DNA of 63,931 bases, filler included, from Reclinomonas americana ATCC 50394 (Eukaryota): the NCBI GenBank assembly GCA_048213135.1. It is 11 parts of 11 records of this genome, joined end to end, with 100 filler letters (N's around TTAATTAATTAA, not from the genome) between each part and the next. Parts side by side here need not be neighbours in the genome. Positions count along the whole stretch, not along the records: positions 50,850 to 54,898 come from AFZH01017874.1; positions 54,999 to 57,604 come from AFZH01017876.1; positions 57,705 to 61,789 come from AFZH01017877.1; positions 61,890 to 63,931 come from AFZH01017887.1; 7 more parts are not named here. One strand, 5' to 3'. How positions within the stretch are numbered: position 1 is the first letter of the stretch; every line of letters begins with the position of its first letter. Of this stretch, positions 51,501-62,748 are shown in pieces. Made by a program: the position numbers and the translations under genes. The notes beneath the pieces are model-generated. The model did no database searches. It was not told where the DNA came from and was given only the letters and a program-made list of their open reading frames with translations.

Positions 51501-54155
51501 CTCTCACTTGGCGACAGAGTCGCCTCGTCCTCCATTCACTTCTTACTCCGCGAACCCTTCCTGTTCCACATTATTGACCTTTGTCCGTAAGAATATCACC
51601 GATTTTGTGATCTGTTCTCATGGCTTGTGTTGTTGATGTACATGGCAGGCGGGTTTCGCGCACTGGCAAGGCGAATGTGTGCCGTGTGAAAAAACCACGG
51701 CGCTGGCGCGCTTCGTCACCTTGGCGAAGATGTGGGGCTTTGTCATTTTCACGCACTTTATCTTTCAGGGTGGTGGTGGTGGTACGTTGACATGCTTTAC
51801 CACAAACACCATGCGCCACGCTGTCTCACTCTGAGTGTGTGCCCGCAGCGTCGGCAGAGATGTTGATTTTTACGCTCCAGACGACCGCGCAGCTCTTCTA
51901 CCCCAACACGGAACTTTTGTCGGTCACTGAGCTTCTTGATTTTGCGGTGCCCGCCTTCTTTGACGTCGGCTGTGCCTTCAACCTCGACGCTGCTTCGGAC
52001 TTGGTCGGTCACACGGTCACGCAACTGTCGTACCTGCTGATGCTGTGGTGCACATTCTCGGTGCACCGTCTGCTCAGCTGGCTCCTGGTACGGTGCACTG
52101 CCACCAAGACCAAGGCCACCGCACCGATTTCACCCGTAATACCGAGACCAATGTCGCCTGACGCGGATACGTCACCACCGGCGGCACCGCTGCAGCGAAC
52201 GTCGTCCATGGCGCGTTTCGCTCAGTGGGCGCGTCGGACCGCATCGGTCGACTCGTACATGACAACGACGGTGATTCTGCTCATCGGCTGCTACGAGGGT
52301 CTGGCGGAGACAGCGCTCACGTTTTTCACGTGCACTCGAGTGGGCCAGTCGAGTGTGGTACTCTTTTCGCCCAGCATCGTCTGCTACGAGGGAGTGTGCG
52401 TCGTCTTGATTTTGCCGCGGCGTGCTTGATACCGGACTGATCCGATGTATGTCACACACAGATGGAACAAGCTGCTGCCGATGTATATCATTCAGATGGC
52501 CGCCGCCGCCTCGGCGCCTGTGCTGGTGGCGATATGGACTGTGCGCCTTCGAAGTCAGCACCGCCTGCACGACCCGCAGGTATGCTTGGCCAGTGATCCG
52601 TCACACTCCACCATCAGTTTGATGATGGTTTGTGGCGCAGGTTATGAGGCGGTATGGAGCACTTTACGATCATTTCCGGCCACGAGTGGTGTGGTATCAA
52701 GGTGCGGTGAATGGCGAGGGAGGGGGGAAAGGGGAGAGGGGCAAGAAGTTGAAGGGTGTGTACGTGTGGGCAAGTGAGTGTGACAATGCGTGGTGAATGT
52801 GAGTGTGTGAGCGCGTGAGACACGAAGACCATGAGGCGGATGAGTGGGAGAATAGAAACAGACGAGATGAAAACATATGCCAAGGAAGGACAGTGCAGAA
52901 GAGAAGAAGAGACTGAAGAGGAGGAGGATGAGGATTATCCGTGCTGTGGGTACTGGAAGCGAAAGGAATACTTCGTTTTGATCGTCTCTCGCTTGTCACG
53001 TTTGCTCAAGTTGGAGGGTGTAGAGATCCTGTCGAGTGTTTCTCTCTCAGCGAATCTGTGTGGCAGTGAATGGCTGCAGACAAGCTGTATGTCACCACGA
53101 AACTGGAGAGATTTCGACATAACACTGCTTACCGAACTAGCTCTCTCTCTCTCTCTCTCTTGTTCATCGCTATGCTGTTACTGACACTGGCGATTTCTTG
53201 CCGCAGGATACCAGCTCTCTCGGCGTCTGATCGTGCTCGGAACTTTATTCCCGATTGCCGCGATCAACGCGCTCGACGTGTTGCCACTGGCCTTGTGGGT
53301 AGTCTGCGTGCTATTCTTGACGGTACACCTAGCGGTGCAACCGTACGAGCACCGCCTCTACAATATTCTCGAGGCCATTGGCTTGGGCGGCCTGGTGGCC
53401 ATCGCCACCATCTTTACGTCGTCGGTGTCACTCGACTTCAAAGTACGCACCTCCATCGCTCTGCTTCTGATCGTGGGTGCCGTCCTTGCGGCACCGCTCG
53501 CGTTAGACGCACTGAAGATGCTGCGCAATGTGTGGCGGAGAATACGACGCAGGTGCTGCGCATGCGGCAGCAAGTTGGTGCAGAGCAAGTTGTCGGCGTT
53601 TGAAGGTGCGTGGTGGTGGAGCTGAGTGCTTCCTCTCGCTCAGACGAATAATGGGTGGTTGCAAAAACAGAGGCGGACAGTGGTAGCAGCTCACTGCACG
53701 AGTTACCGCTACTAGGCGTGGCGCCCGGAACTCCGCACTTTGCACCGACACTATTATCATTCGTGGCGCCGGAGGGCGCTTTCAGTGCAAAGAACGACGA
53801 GGACGGCTCAGAGGGTGTGGACCGCGGTGATGAATTGCGGCTAGTTGCGTGTATCCTCGCAAATGTCTGTGCGCGACAAGGATGGGGGGAATGAGTAACC
53901 CATAGTGGATTACAGTTCACACCGAGTCGGCGAGCGCGCTTGCTCAGCGCCTACGAAATTTCGCCGTTGCACGAGTCGCTGCCTCCAGCGCCTCAGTTGC
54001 CAGCGACACCACCGCGACTGCCAACCGCGCCTCGACGGGTATTGATCGCGTCATTCGATGAGGAAGACGGTGTGGCCGGAGAGCGCGAGCTTGCAAGAGA
54101 GATGCAAGTCCGCCCGCAATCAGCCGCGCGGACGATGCCACATGTTGTAGAGTGA
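42502..54155 (+). CDS. Giant surface receptor: signal peptide, Pmp/pectin-lyase-like beta-helix (GGA(I/L/V) and FxxN repeats), Cys-rich GCC2/TNFR-like region, multi-pass TM domain; spans two gaps
   Basis: Dozens of GGG(A/G)-hydrophobic and F..N motifs; CPAG..CQQCPLGFYS..CLVCP..CLGG..YW..CP..YC; C-terminal RRYGALY..WY, L.RR and HLAVQPY..NILE motifs. Continuity across the gaps is inferred. Confidence 0.75.
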
Positions 54156-54186
54156 AGTGAGATCAGCAGAATGAATGACCTGCTAT

Positions 54187-54898
54187 TCATTGTATGGCGG
54201 AATACCACTCAGGCGCACGGCGTTCAATCACCTCCGCATCCTCCAACACAAAACATCGCAGCACGACGTCCACAAGGATCCAGTCGTGGTCGTGGTCGGC
54301 AAGCAGCTCGTTGACGGCCAGCACGGCTGATCGTGCGGCCGCAAGCTCTTGCCGGGCCAGCCCGCGCGGCGTGGACCACACTCGGATCGTCTCGTCCTGA
54401 CTCGCGCTTACCACATGCAGACCATCGGGAGTGACGGCGACAGAGAACGCACCTCCAGTGTGACCCACTAAACGTCGCAATTCTTGCCCACTCGTCAGCG
54501 ACCACACCCGCACCGTCTTGTCATCGCTGCCGCTCACAACGTACTGACCATCGGGAGTGACGGCGACGGATCCCACCGCGCCAGTGTGCCCCTCCAAACG
54601 CCGCATTTCTTCACCACTCGCCAGTAACCACACCCACACAGTCCTATCCCTGCCACTCACGATATGCAGGCCATCGGGAGTGACAGCGACAGAATTAACC
54701 CACCTGGAGAGTCCCTCCATCCGTAGTAATTCTTCTCCACTCGCCAGTGACCACACCCGCACTGTTCTGTCCTCACCCCCGCTCACAATGTATTGGCCGT
54801 TGGTAGTGACAGCAAGGGACCACACGACACCAGCACATCTCGCCAACTGGCGCACTTCTTTGCCACTCGCCAGTGACCACACACGTACCATACCAAAA
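54187..54898 (-). CDS. Intronless WD40-repeat protein (HET-E/NWD-like highly similar repeats), copy A; 5' end in gap
   Basis: About four 42-aa units GH..V.SVAVTPDG..VSG..D.TVRVW followed by a unique helical tail. Confidence 0.85.
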
Positions 54899-55321
54899 NN
54901 NNNNNNNNNNNNNNNNNNNNNNNNNNNNNNNNNNNNNNNNNNTTAATTAATTAANNNNNNNNNNNNNNNNNNNNNNNNNNNNNNNNNNNNNNNNNNNNGG
55001 AGAGTCACAGGGAACAGGAGAGGAACGACCAGCACAGCCGCTCAGCGATGAAGTGGCAGCTGTGTTAACGTTGTGAGGCTCGCCTCCTCTCACCCAAGTC
55101 ACAGTCAATGCCTCGCGCCTTCAATCACACTCACAGTCGGTCGGTGCATTATCTCATGCATGCACTGTGTGGCACGGAACCACGTGTCTTCGCATGCCAG
55201 TGACGAGTCACTTGCCAGCACGCCTGTCACACAGAATTGAGTTAGTCAATCTCCAAGTCTCACCAACTTACTCCTCAACGCAGATGCAGAACACACACGT
55301 ACGCACCAGGCCACGTGCGCG

Positions 55322-55617
55322 TCTGCAGTCTCCCATGGCCATCACCATCATTACTTGGCGGCGACAGCAGCAACCAAGAAGCGCACGTGCACATCATCGA
55401 TCCGCTCTGACTTGCCTATCGGGATCGAGAACGATCCACCGACCAGGCCACCCATCGGGAAACACGACACTAGATTGCCTAGCCCGTATCTGCAGTCTTC
55501 CATGACCACCAGCATCATCACTCGACAGAGACGGCGGCAGCCAAGGTGCGCACATTATCGATCCGCTCCGACTTGCCAGCCGGATTGAAAACGATCCACC
55601 GACCAGGCCATCCATCG
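55322..55617. repeat. Degenerate direct repeat, two copies (~55322-55457 and ~55489-55617)
   Basis: Shared TCTGCAGTCT.CCATG..ATCGATCCGCTC.GACTTGCC..AACGATCCACCGACCAGGCCA.CCATCG. Confidence 0.85.
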
Positions 55618-56711
55618 CACATCACGGCACACATGTGTACACCCATCCACGTCACGCACTCCATGGCCTGCACGACCTGCATAATTGAGGTGAGTGGGAG
55701 GGAAGGAGGAGAGAGAGATCACGAAGAACAGGGCCACACAACTGCTGAGTGCATGGTGGGATGCGAGTGGGGAGCCGAGTGAGTGAGGTGACGGTCGACA
55801 ACGGGCAATGCACATCACGCCTGTCATTACCACGACATGCCTTCCATGGTCTCTGCATGCCGGTGTGCTGTGAATAAAAGGAATAGAGGAAGAGGAGCGC
55901 TTGTCTCACGTGACAAACACACCGATCAGCACTTGATACCAACTCGTGTTTGGACAGAGGCAAGCCGAGGGACGCTCACACAACCATCCTCAAGGGAGCG
56001 AAGGAGCAGAGTCAGTATGCAGGTATGCCATGTCACACACTTCGGCATCGGGAAGCTCACCATGATGGACTGGCAGGATGGCAGTCGGAAAGCAATGAGC
56101 AGACCAGCATGCTCGACCTTGAGCGTGTGCAAGGAGGGGCGGATTACTGGGGAATCAGATGAGCGCACAAAGGCAGGGAGATGGCGGAGAAAAAGATAGA
56201 CTCTGCAGGAGGCTGGAAAAAGAGAGCTGAATGACAGGCATCCCGCAGAGACGGAAGGAGAATGTCCACGGCGCACGTGCACAATGGGAAGCAGAGCAGT
56301 GATGCCAAGGAAGTATGCAAAGCAAGACGCGAAGGAAACAATCATTGGCGGCTCGCTCTTCTGAGGCGCATACACGAACGACGGAAGAAGCACGCACAAC
56401 AAATATCACAACGATACAAATTGACACACCAGATTTCCAAGCAATCCATCTTGCTCGCACACACAAATAGAGGTGAGAAAGAGTCACGTAAACAGCGAGA
56501 GACATGCTTCACAACCGCACACCCGCATTCACATGATAGGGCAACAAGCAGAGAGAACAATTCTGCATCATCCACGTCGACTTCTCTCCTCTCGTCTGTC
56601 GTCCTCTCTTCTTCAATCTGCACCATGCACAACCACCCACTCTCCCTCAAAAGACACGAAAAACAACTCCCAGTCACCAGCAGCCACCTTCCCTCCCTTC
56701 GACTCACCGAC

Positions 56712-57604
56712 TCAGCACCTGAAAAGGACGACCTCGGCATCCTCGACGATGAAACAGCGCAGAACCTGCTCGGGAAGGCATCGAGAATCTGCTTCTTCCT
56801 CCTGCATCTCCTGCACAGCCTGCATGGCCAAGCGCGCGGCGTCGAGTTCGAGACGGGCAAGGCCACGCGGCGTCGACCACACTCGCACGGTCTTGTCGTA
56901 GCCACCGGCACTCACAATGTGCTGACCATCGTGAGAGACGGCAACAGACGACACCCATCCAGTGTGTTGCTCCAACTGTCGTACTTCCTCCCCACTCTCC
57001 AGAGACCACACCCGAATGGTGCTGTCTCCGCTCCCGCTAACAATACGCCGACCATCTGGAGTGACGGCCACAGACCACACCGCACCATTGTGTCCGTCCA
57101 ACCGTCGCACTTGGTCTCCATTCATCAGTGACCACACTCTCGCCGTGTTGTCCCAACTGCCACTCACGATGTGTTGACCATCGGGGGTGACGGTGACAGA
57201 GTATACCCGTCCAGTGTGTCCTTCCTGCCGTCGCACTTCTACCCCACTCGCCAGCAACCACACTCGCACGGTATGATCTCCACCCCCACTCACAATGTGC
57301 TCACTATCACGGGTGACAGCGACTGACCAAATCTCGTCAGTATGCCCCTCCAGCCGTCGCACCTCCTCCCCACTCGCCAGTGACCACACTCGCACTGTGT
57401 AGTCCCAGCTCCCACTCACGATGTGATGACCATCTGGAGTAACAGCGACAGACCACACCTTAACATCGTGTCCCTCCAGCCGTCGTACCTCCTCGCCACT
57501 CTCCAGCGACCACACTCGCACTGTCTTGTCGAAGCCGCCGCTGACGACGTGCTGTCCATTGGGGGTGACGGCGACAGACCACACCTTATATATCGTGTCC
57601 CTCT
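56712..57604 (-). CDS. Intronless WD40-repeat protein, copy B (paralogue of copy A); apparent 1-nt insertion near the gap edge
   Basis: Six 42-aa WD40 units plus tail WSTPRGLARLELDAAR..LPEQVLRCFIVEDAEV, homologous to copy A. Confidence 0.85.
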
Positions 57605-57818
57605 NNNNNNNNNNNNNNNNNNNNNNNNNNNNNNNNNNNNNNNNNNNNTTAATTAATTAANNNNNNNNNNNNNNNNNNNNNNNNNNNNNNNNNNNNNNNN
57701 NNNNCGGGAGTGCTCGCATTTCCTTTTTAAGTGTTTTTCCTTTTTTGTAGAGGCCAACCAGACTGACTGGACGGAGCATATTCCTATGCCCCCTTTTTGT
57801 TTCGTGATTCGACTCGAC

Positions 57819-60203
57819 TCACTCGCGCGGCAACTTGGTCAGCTCCTCGCAGTAGGCGGCCAGCAGCTTGATGCCCTGGATGTAGTTCTCGCGGTCAAAC
57901 TTTTCGTTCTGGCCATGAGCTGCGCGACGACGGAGGAGGGGAACGGATTTGAGCCTTGTTCTCTGACAGCGACACACAAGTGCAAAGGGAGGACGCACCG
58001 CCGTCGTCGCTGCGGCCGAGCGGAAGCATCAGCACCGTCTTGCCGGTGGCCTCTGTGAAGGTGAGCGTGATCGGGATCGAGCCGCCCTCGCGAGTGAAAT
58101 CGGGCGTCACGCCCCACACCAACTCGGTGGCCTTGCGACCAGCCACTGTACACACACTGTTAGGAGCGATGGAGGAACCACGCCGCGGAGGGAAGGCATG
58201 CACGCAACCGTCTGTGCACGAGGAGCGAGGTGAGAAAAGCGGAAACCAAGATATCAATGCATATATAGCATGCATTCGGACGAAACAGTTCGGGTGGTCG
58301 GGGTTGGCCAGCCACGGCTTGCCCGGGTGCTCGCACCACAGACGCATCTCGTTCGGTGAGCCGAGTCCCGCAAACACGCGCTCAACGTGGCGGCGAGTGA
58401 CCTCAATGGCCTGATCCGGCGTCATGTCCGGCACGAGGCTGTATGCGACACTTCAGCTCGACGAAATGCAACGCAAGAACACTCCGCCCACCACCACCTA
58501 CCGGATGGAGAACTTGCCGACAACGCGTCCCGGAATCACCGTCTTGCCACCGACACCGTAAAAGGCGCCCTCCACGCCGTGGATGGAGAGCGAGGGGTAG
58601 CGCCAGCGCTGCATCAGCGTGCGGATCTTGTCCTCCCTACCCACTCTCCCCAATCAGCAACACAACAGCGACCAATGACAAGAGAAGGCGACAGAACTTG
58701 TGGATGACATGCGCGCCACCGGCGTCGCTCGAGAACTCGGTGAGCGAAAAGTCAATCGGCTCGTACAGAGCGCGCTCCTCGTCGGTGACGGGACGCACCA
58801 GGTCAGAGATGCCCTCGATCTGGATGTTGCCACGCGGGTCCACCAGCGAGCTGAAAATGTGCACGAGATCGGTCATCGGCTCGTGCACGGTGCCGCCAAA
58901 GAGACCACTGTGCAGATCCTTGCGCGGACCCACAATCTCCACAAAGAAGTAGGTCAGCCCACGCAGGCCTGCGCATGCAGGAGAGTCGTGTGGTGAGCCA
59001 CCGTACGCCTGGGGGAAAGACGACACAACCTCCACCTACTCCACCCCACTCACCGTACGTCAGGCACGGCTTGCTCTTGCTCAGCCAGTAGTTGTCGCTG
59101 ATGCACACAAAGTCGGTGCCGGCCATGAACTCGCGACCCCGCGGTCCGAGCACAAACTCCTCCAGACCAAGGCTGCCACTCTCCTCCATGCCCTCGGAGA
59201 TGAGCTGCGGGAGAGTTGAGCAACAGAGGGAGAAGGGAGGAGGATCAAGAAAGAAGCACAACCTTGATGTTGACGGGAAGTTCCCGTCCCAGTGACTGGT
59301 ACGCCTCCACAACCCACAGCTGATTGGCATGGTAAGCGACTCATGAGAGTCGCAGGCACACAACAACATACACGTCAACACAAACGAACCCACGCGAGGC
59401 CAGGGCCCTGCATCGCACACCAAAGCATATGAGAAAAACACGTGCAACATACATTTTCCGGTGCAAGCAAACAGCACCTTGTCATCAGTGGTACCACGGC
59501 CCCACAGCTTGCCGTCCAACTCGGTCATGGTGAACCTGTGCACAACCAGCACAGCGCATGAGAGACACGCGACACGACGCGCACAGAGGCCACTGCCGGC
59601 ACTCACGGAGGCTGCATTACGAGAGTGAGACAACAAGGAAGGAAAACGTCGACTGATGCAACGCACCGTGTTCCAGCCATCGTCCAAGCGCGCCGGCTGC
59701 ACATCGTAGTGGAAGTAGATGAGCAGTGTCGGCTTGGAGGCGTCACTGCCAAACTGCGCCAGAAGGATCTGCAGCACAGAGAGAGAGAGAGAGAGAGTGT
59801 CAGAGACAAGAGAGAGTGACAACAGACAACAGAAGGAACGCAACAGGCGGCAGCTGCATGCTGGTGCCCTCCTGTGTGGCAGTAGCAGCAGTGTGAGTGA
59901 GCGCGTGAGTGAGAATGTAAGAGAGCATTCATGCATGCGAGTTTTTTTTCACCTGTGCGCCGAGCTCACACAGCTCTGCCGTGCCTCCCAGGCGACGCAC
60001 CCACTCAACAAGCCACTCGGCCTGACGCACGCAGTCGCCTGTGCATGCACAGTGAGCGAGAGGTGCAAGAAAGAAAGAGAGAGAGAGTGAAAGTAACTGC
60101 GATGCGCGGGGTCCGAGCTCACACTGGGAATGGCCACGGCCTCGCCCAAGCGCGCCACGTACTCGTCGGCATGTGCATCCACAAACGCAAAGAACTCCTC
60201 CAT
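57819..60203 (-). CDS. CNDP2: Cytosolic non-specific dipeptidase (M20, Dug1-like)
   Basis: [68 protein letters not shown]. Confidence 0.95.
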
Positions 60204-60294
60204 CTCCACTCGTCACAGTCACAGTCACAACAACAATGAAAACTCCGACGGAGGACACACACTTCGCACGTCCTTCTATTCTTCGTTCAGCTTC

Positions 60295-61789
60295 ATGCTG
60301 AGCTGCGGCTGTGGTGCGCTTCTCCTCTCTCTCCCCTCCTCCTCCTCTCTGTTGCCTCCGCCTTATCATCTCCGTGCAGGCCGCGAGGGCGAGCTGGGTG
60401 CCGGCCACGTGCTGGAGAGCGATGTTCCCATTCGCGTCGAGTGTGCTGCGTTTGCTGCAGTTCCGTCCACCGCGCCTCCTTCTCTCTCTCCTCTCCCCAT
60501 ATGTGCGCCCGCTCACTGTGTCGTCGCAGGAGAGTGGCGATGCAGGTGTGCATCACTGGCGTGTTTCATCGTTCTGTGTTTTGGCACTGAACTCCTTCCT
60601 GTGATGATGCAGCTGGTGTGGGCCTCGTGACGGTGGCGAGTGTGGAGCCTGTGGAGCGTGTGGTTCGCGTGTCGGCGGGCGAGCACCATGCGCTGGCTGT
60701 CACTGGTGATTTCTCGCTCGATCATTGCAGTCTCCATTGTGCACCACTGACGATCCATGCTGGTGGATGCAGACGCGGGTCGGTTGTACAGTTGGGGATG
60801 TGGATCGCGCTGGTGTCTTGGACGTGAGAGCACCGCCGATGCCAACACGCCGCAGGTGGTGAGCTTTCCGGACCTGGAAGATGGAAGGGCGCGACGAGTG
60901 ATTGCTGCGGCGGCTGGATCGCAGTGCAGTGCGGCGGTCACCAGTTACGTGCAGTGTACATGCTGATTGACCGCTTCTCGTTGCCCGGGACTCACCCGCT
61001 GTGCAGACGACGGGATCTTGTGGACGTGGGGCTTTTCTCGAGAGGGTCAACTGGGTCACTCGGACTTTCGGCATCGAGCGCTGCCGACGGTGGTGGAGGC
61101 GCTGCGACGCAAGGCGATTGTCGATGTGAGCTGCGGCGACTCGCACCTGGTCGCTCTCTCAGGTATCCTATGCCATTCAGGGGAGAAGAGAGAGGGAGAG
61201 AGTTTGTTTACGCATCGCATCGCGGCAGAGGCTGGCGATCTGTTTGCGTGCGGCTGGAACGACTACGGCCGCCTCGGTCTCGGAGACAAGCAGCTGCGCT
61301 CCATTCCACAGCAACTGCGGCGCTTCACGCCAGACGGCTGCAACATTGTGCAGGTGGCCTGTGGCTGGCGCCACACGCTGACTCTCTCCGGTGAGCACAT
61401 GCACACTCACACGAGTCTGTCCAATCACCCTCGCACTGCTGCTCTCAAAGTGTGTACGCATGCCAGACTCGGGAGTAATATGGTCCTTCGGCTCCAACGC
61501 CTACGGACAGCTGGGCGTCGGCGATACCAAGGATCGTCTGGTCGCCGCGCAGATCACCTTGGCCGAGACCATCGACTCGGCCGCTGGCTCCATGACGCCG
61601 GTGTTTACTCGCATCGCTGCTGGACAGCGCTTCAGCGCGGCTGTGTCAGGTGTGACTCTCTGTGATCGCCCCTTATGTGTCTGTTCTTCAAGGATATGCT
61701 GACACTTGTGTCAAAAGACGACGGTCGTGCCTGGTGTTGGGGCAGCTCGGCGCGTGGACAACTGGGACTCGGCGATGGTCAGCCGCCAG
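60295..61789 (+). CDS. RCC1/BLIP-II repeat protein; 3' end in gap
   Basis: Repeats VSAGEHHALAV, LYSWG, WGFSREGQLG..VSCGDSH, CGWNDYGRLGLG..VACGWRH, FGSNAYGQLG. Confidence 0.85.
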
Positions 61790-61889
61790 NNNNNNNNNNN
61801 NNNNNNNNNNNNNNNNNNNNNNNNNNNNNNNNNTTAATTAATTAANNNNNNNNNNNNNNNNNNNNNNNNNNNNNNNNNNNNNNNNNNNN

Positions 61890-62465
61890 TGATGGTTAGG
61901 TCGATATCGACTGTCAAACATGGGGGATGTGAATGATGATTAACCTTGGCGAGGTTGGGCAGGTTGACGCCCAGCGACATTGAGCGATCGCATCGGAACT
62001 TCTTGAAGCCCTGCACACCAACAATTGTGAGGGGAAGATTGAGAGAGAGAGAGGCAAGGTGGCCATGGACAACCCCCCTCTCGACAGACATCGCCACTCT
62101 TTCTTCTTCTTCCCTCTCCTTCTCTCTCGTATCTCTCCCGTCTCTCACGTGTGACGCAACATCAGCGCGCAGCATCATGTGGACGAGAGAGACGTGTGAG
62201 GGATCCATGGCCTGCAGCGACAATCCCGATGATGATGCCTGCTCATTGACTCACATGAGCACACATACAGAGCAGAGAGCAGAGAGCAGAGAGTAGTCGC
62301 GGGGTTGCGCAACATCAAAGTTTGCCTCAATCACCAACTCCTTCACTGTGAGTGAGTGTGTGAGTGTGTGAGTGCGTGATGAGGTACTTTGATCATCACT
62401 GCGCGCTCACCAGCCTCAAGCACTCGCTTGAGCACGTGTCCTTGTTGCATCCGAGCCTCGAACAT
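61890..62465 (-). CDS. PCNA: Proliferating cell nuclear antigen, 5' part (remainder in gap)
   Basis: MFEARM..LKRVLEA|VKELV.EANFD|ASSSGLSLQAMDPSHVSLV..|GF..FRCDRSMSLGVNL. Confidence 0.95.
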
Positions 62466-62748
62466 GGTAATTAGAGTGGTGGTGGTGGTTGCGCGCGCGC
62501 TGTGTTGACACGATTGAAGCAAATGGGCAAACCCCTGGACAGATTTGTGTCGCGCGGGAGGTACTCGCGACGTCGCTCGATCGGCAACCACAAGCACGAG
62601 TGGAAGGCAGCGCACGGTGCTGTTGCGCACTGCATTTAACATAGCCACACGTGGACGCGAAGAAGAAGGAAAGAGAAATGACATCAAGTGTCCTGCGATT
62701 GCAACGTCGACGTCGCTTCTGTCTCTTCTTGCACACACACGGGAGCGA

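Noticed and set aside
50850..51600. Purine-rich block and ORF 50917..51462; similar GA-rich tracts at 44675-44860, 50655-50749 and 52716-53160
   Set aside because: Low-complexity intronic or gap-edge sequence of probably low quality; translations are not protein-like, and I see no terminal repeats or transposase motifs.
55926..56505. Hydrophobic ORFs between the WD40 copies
   Set aside because: No motifs or coherent splice structure; probably non-coding.
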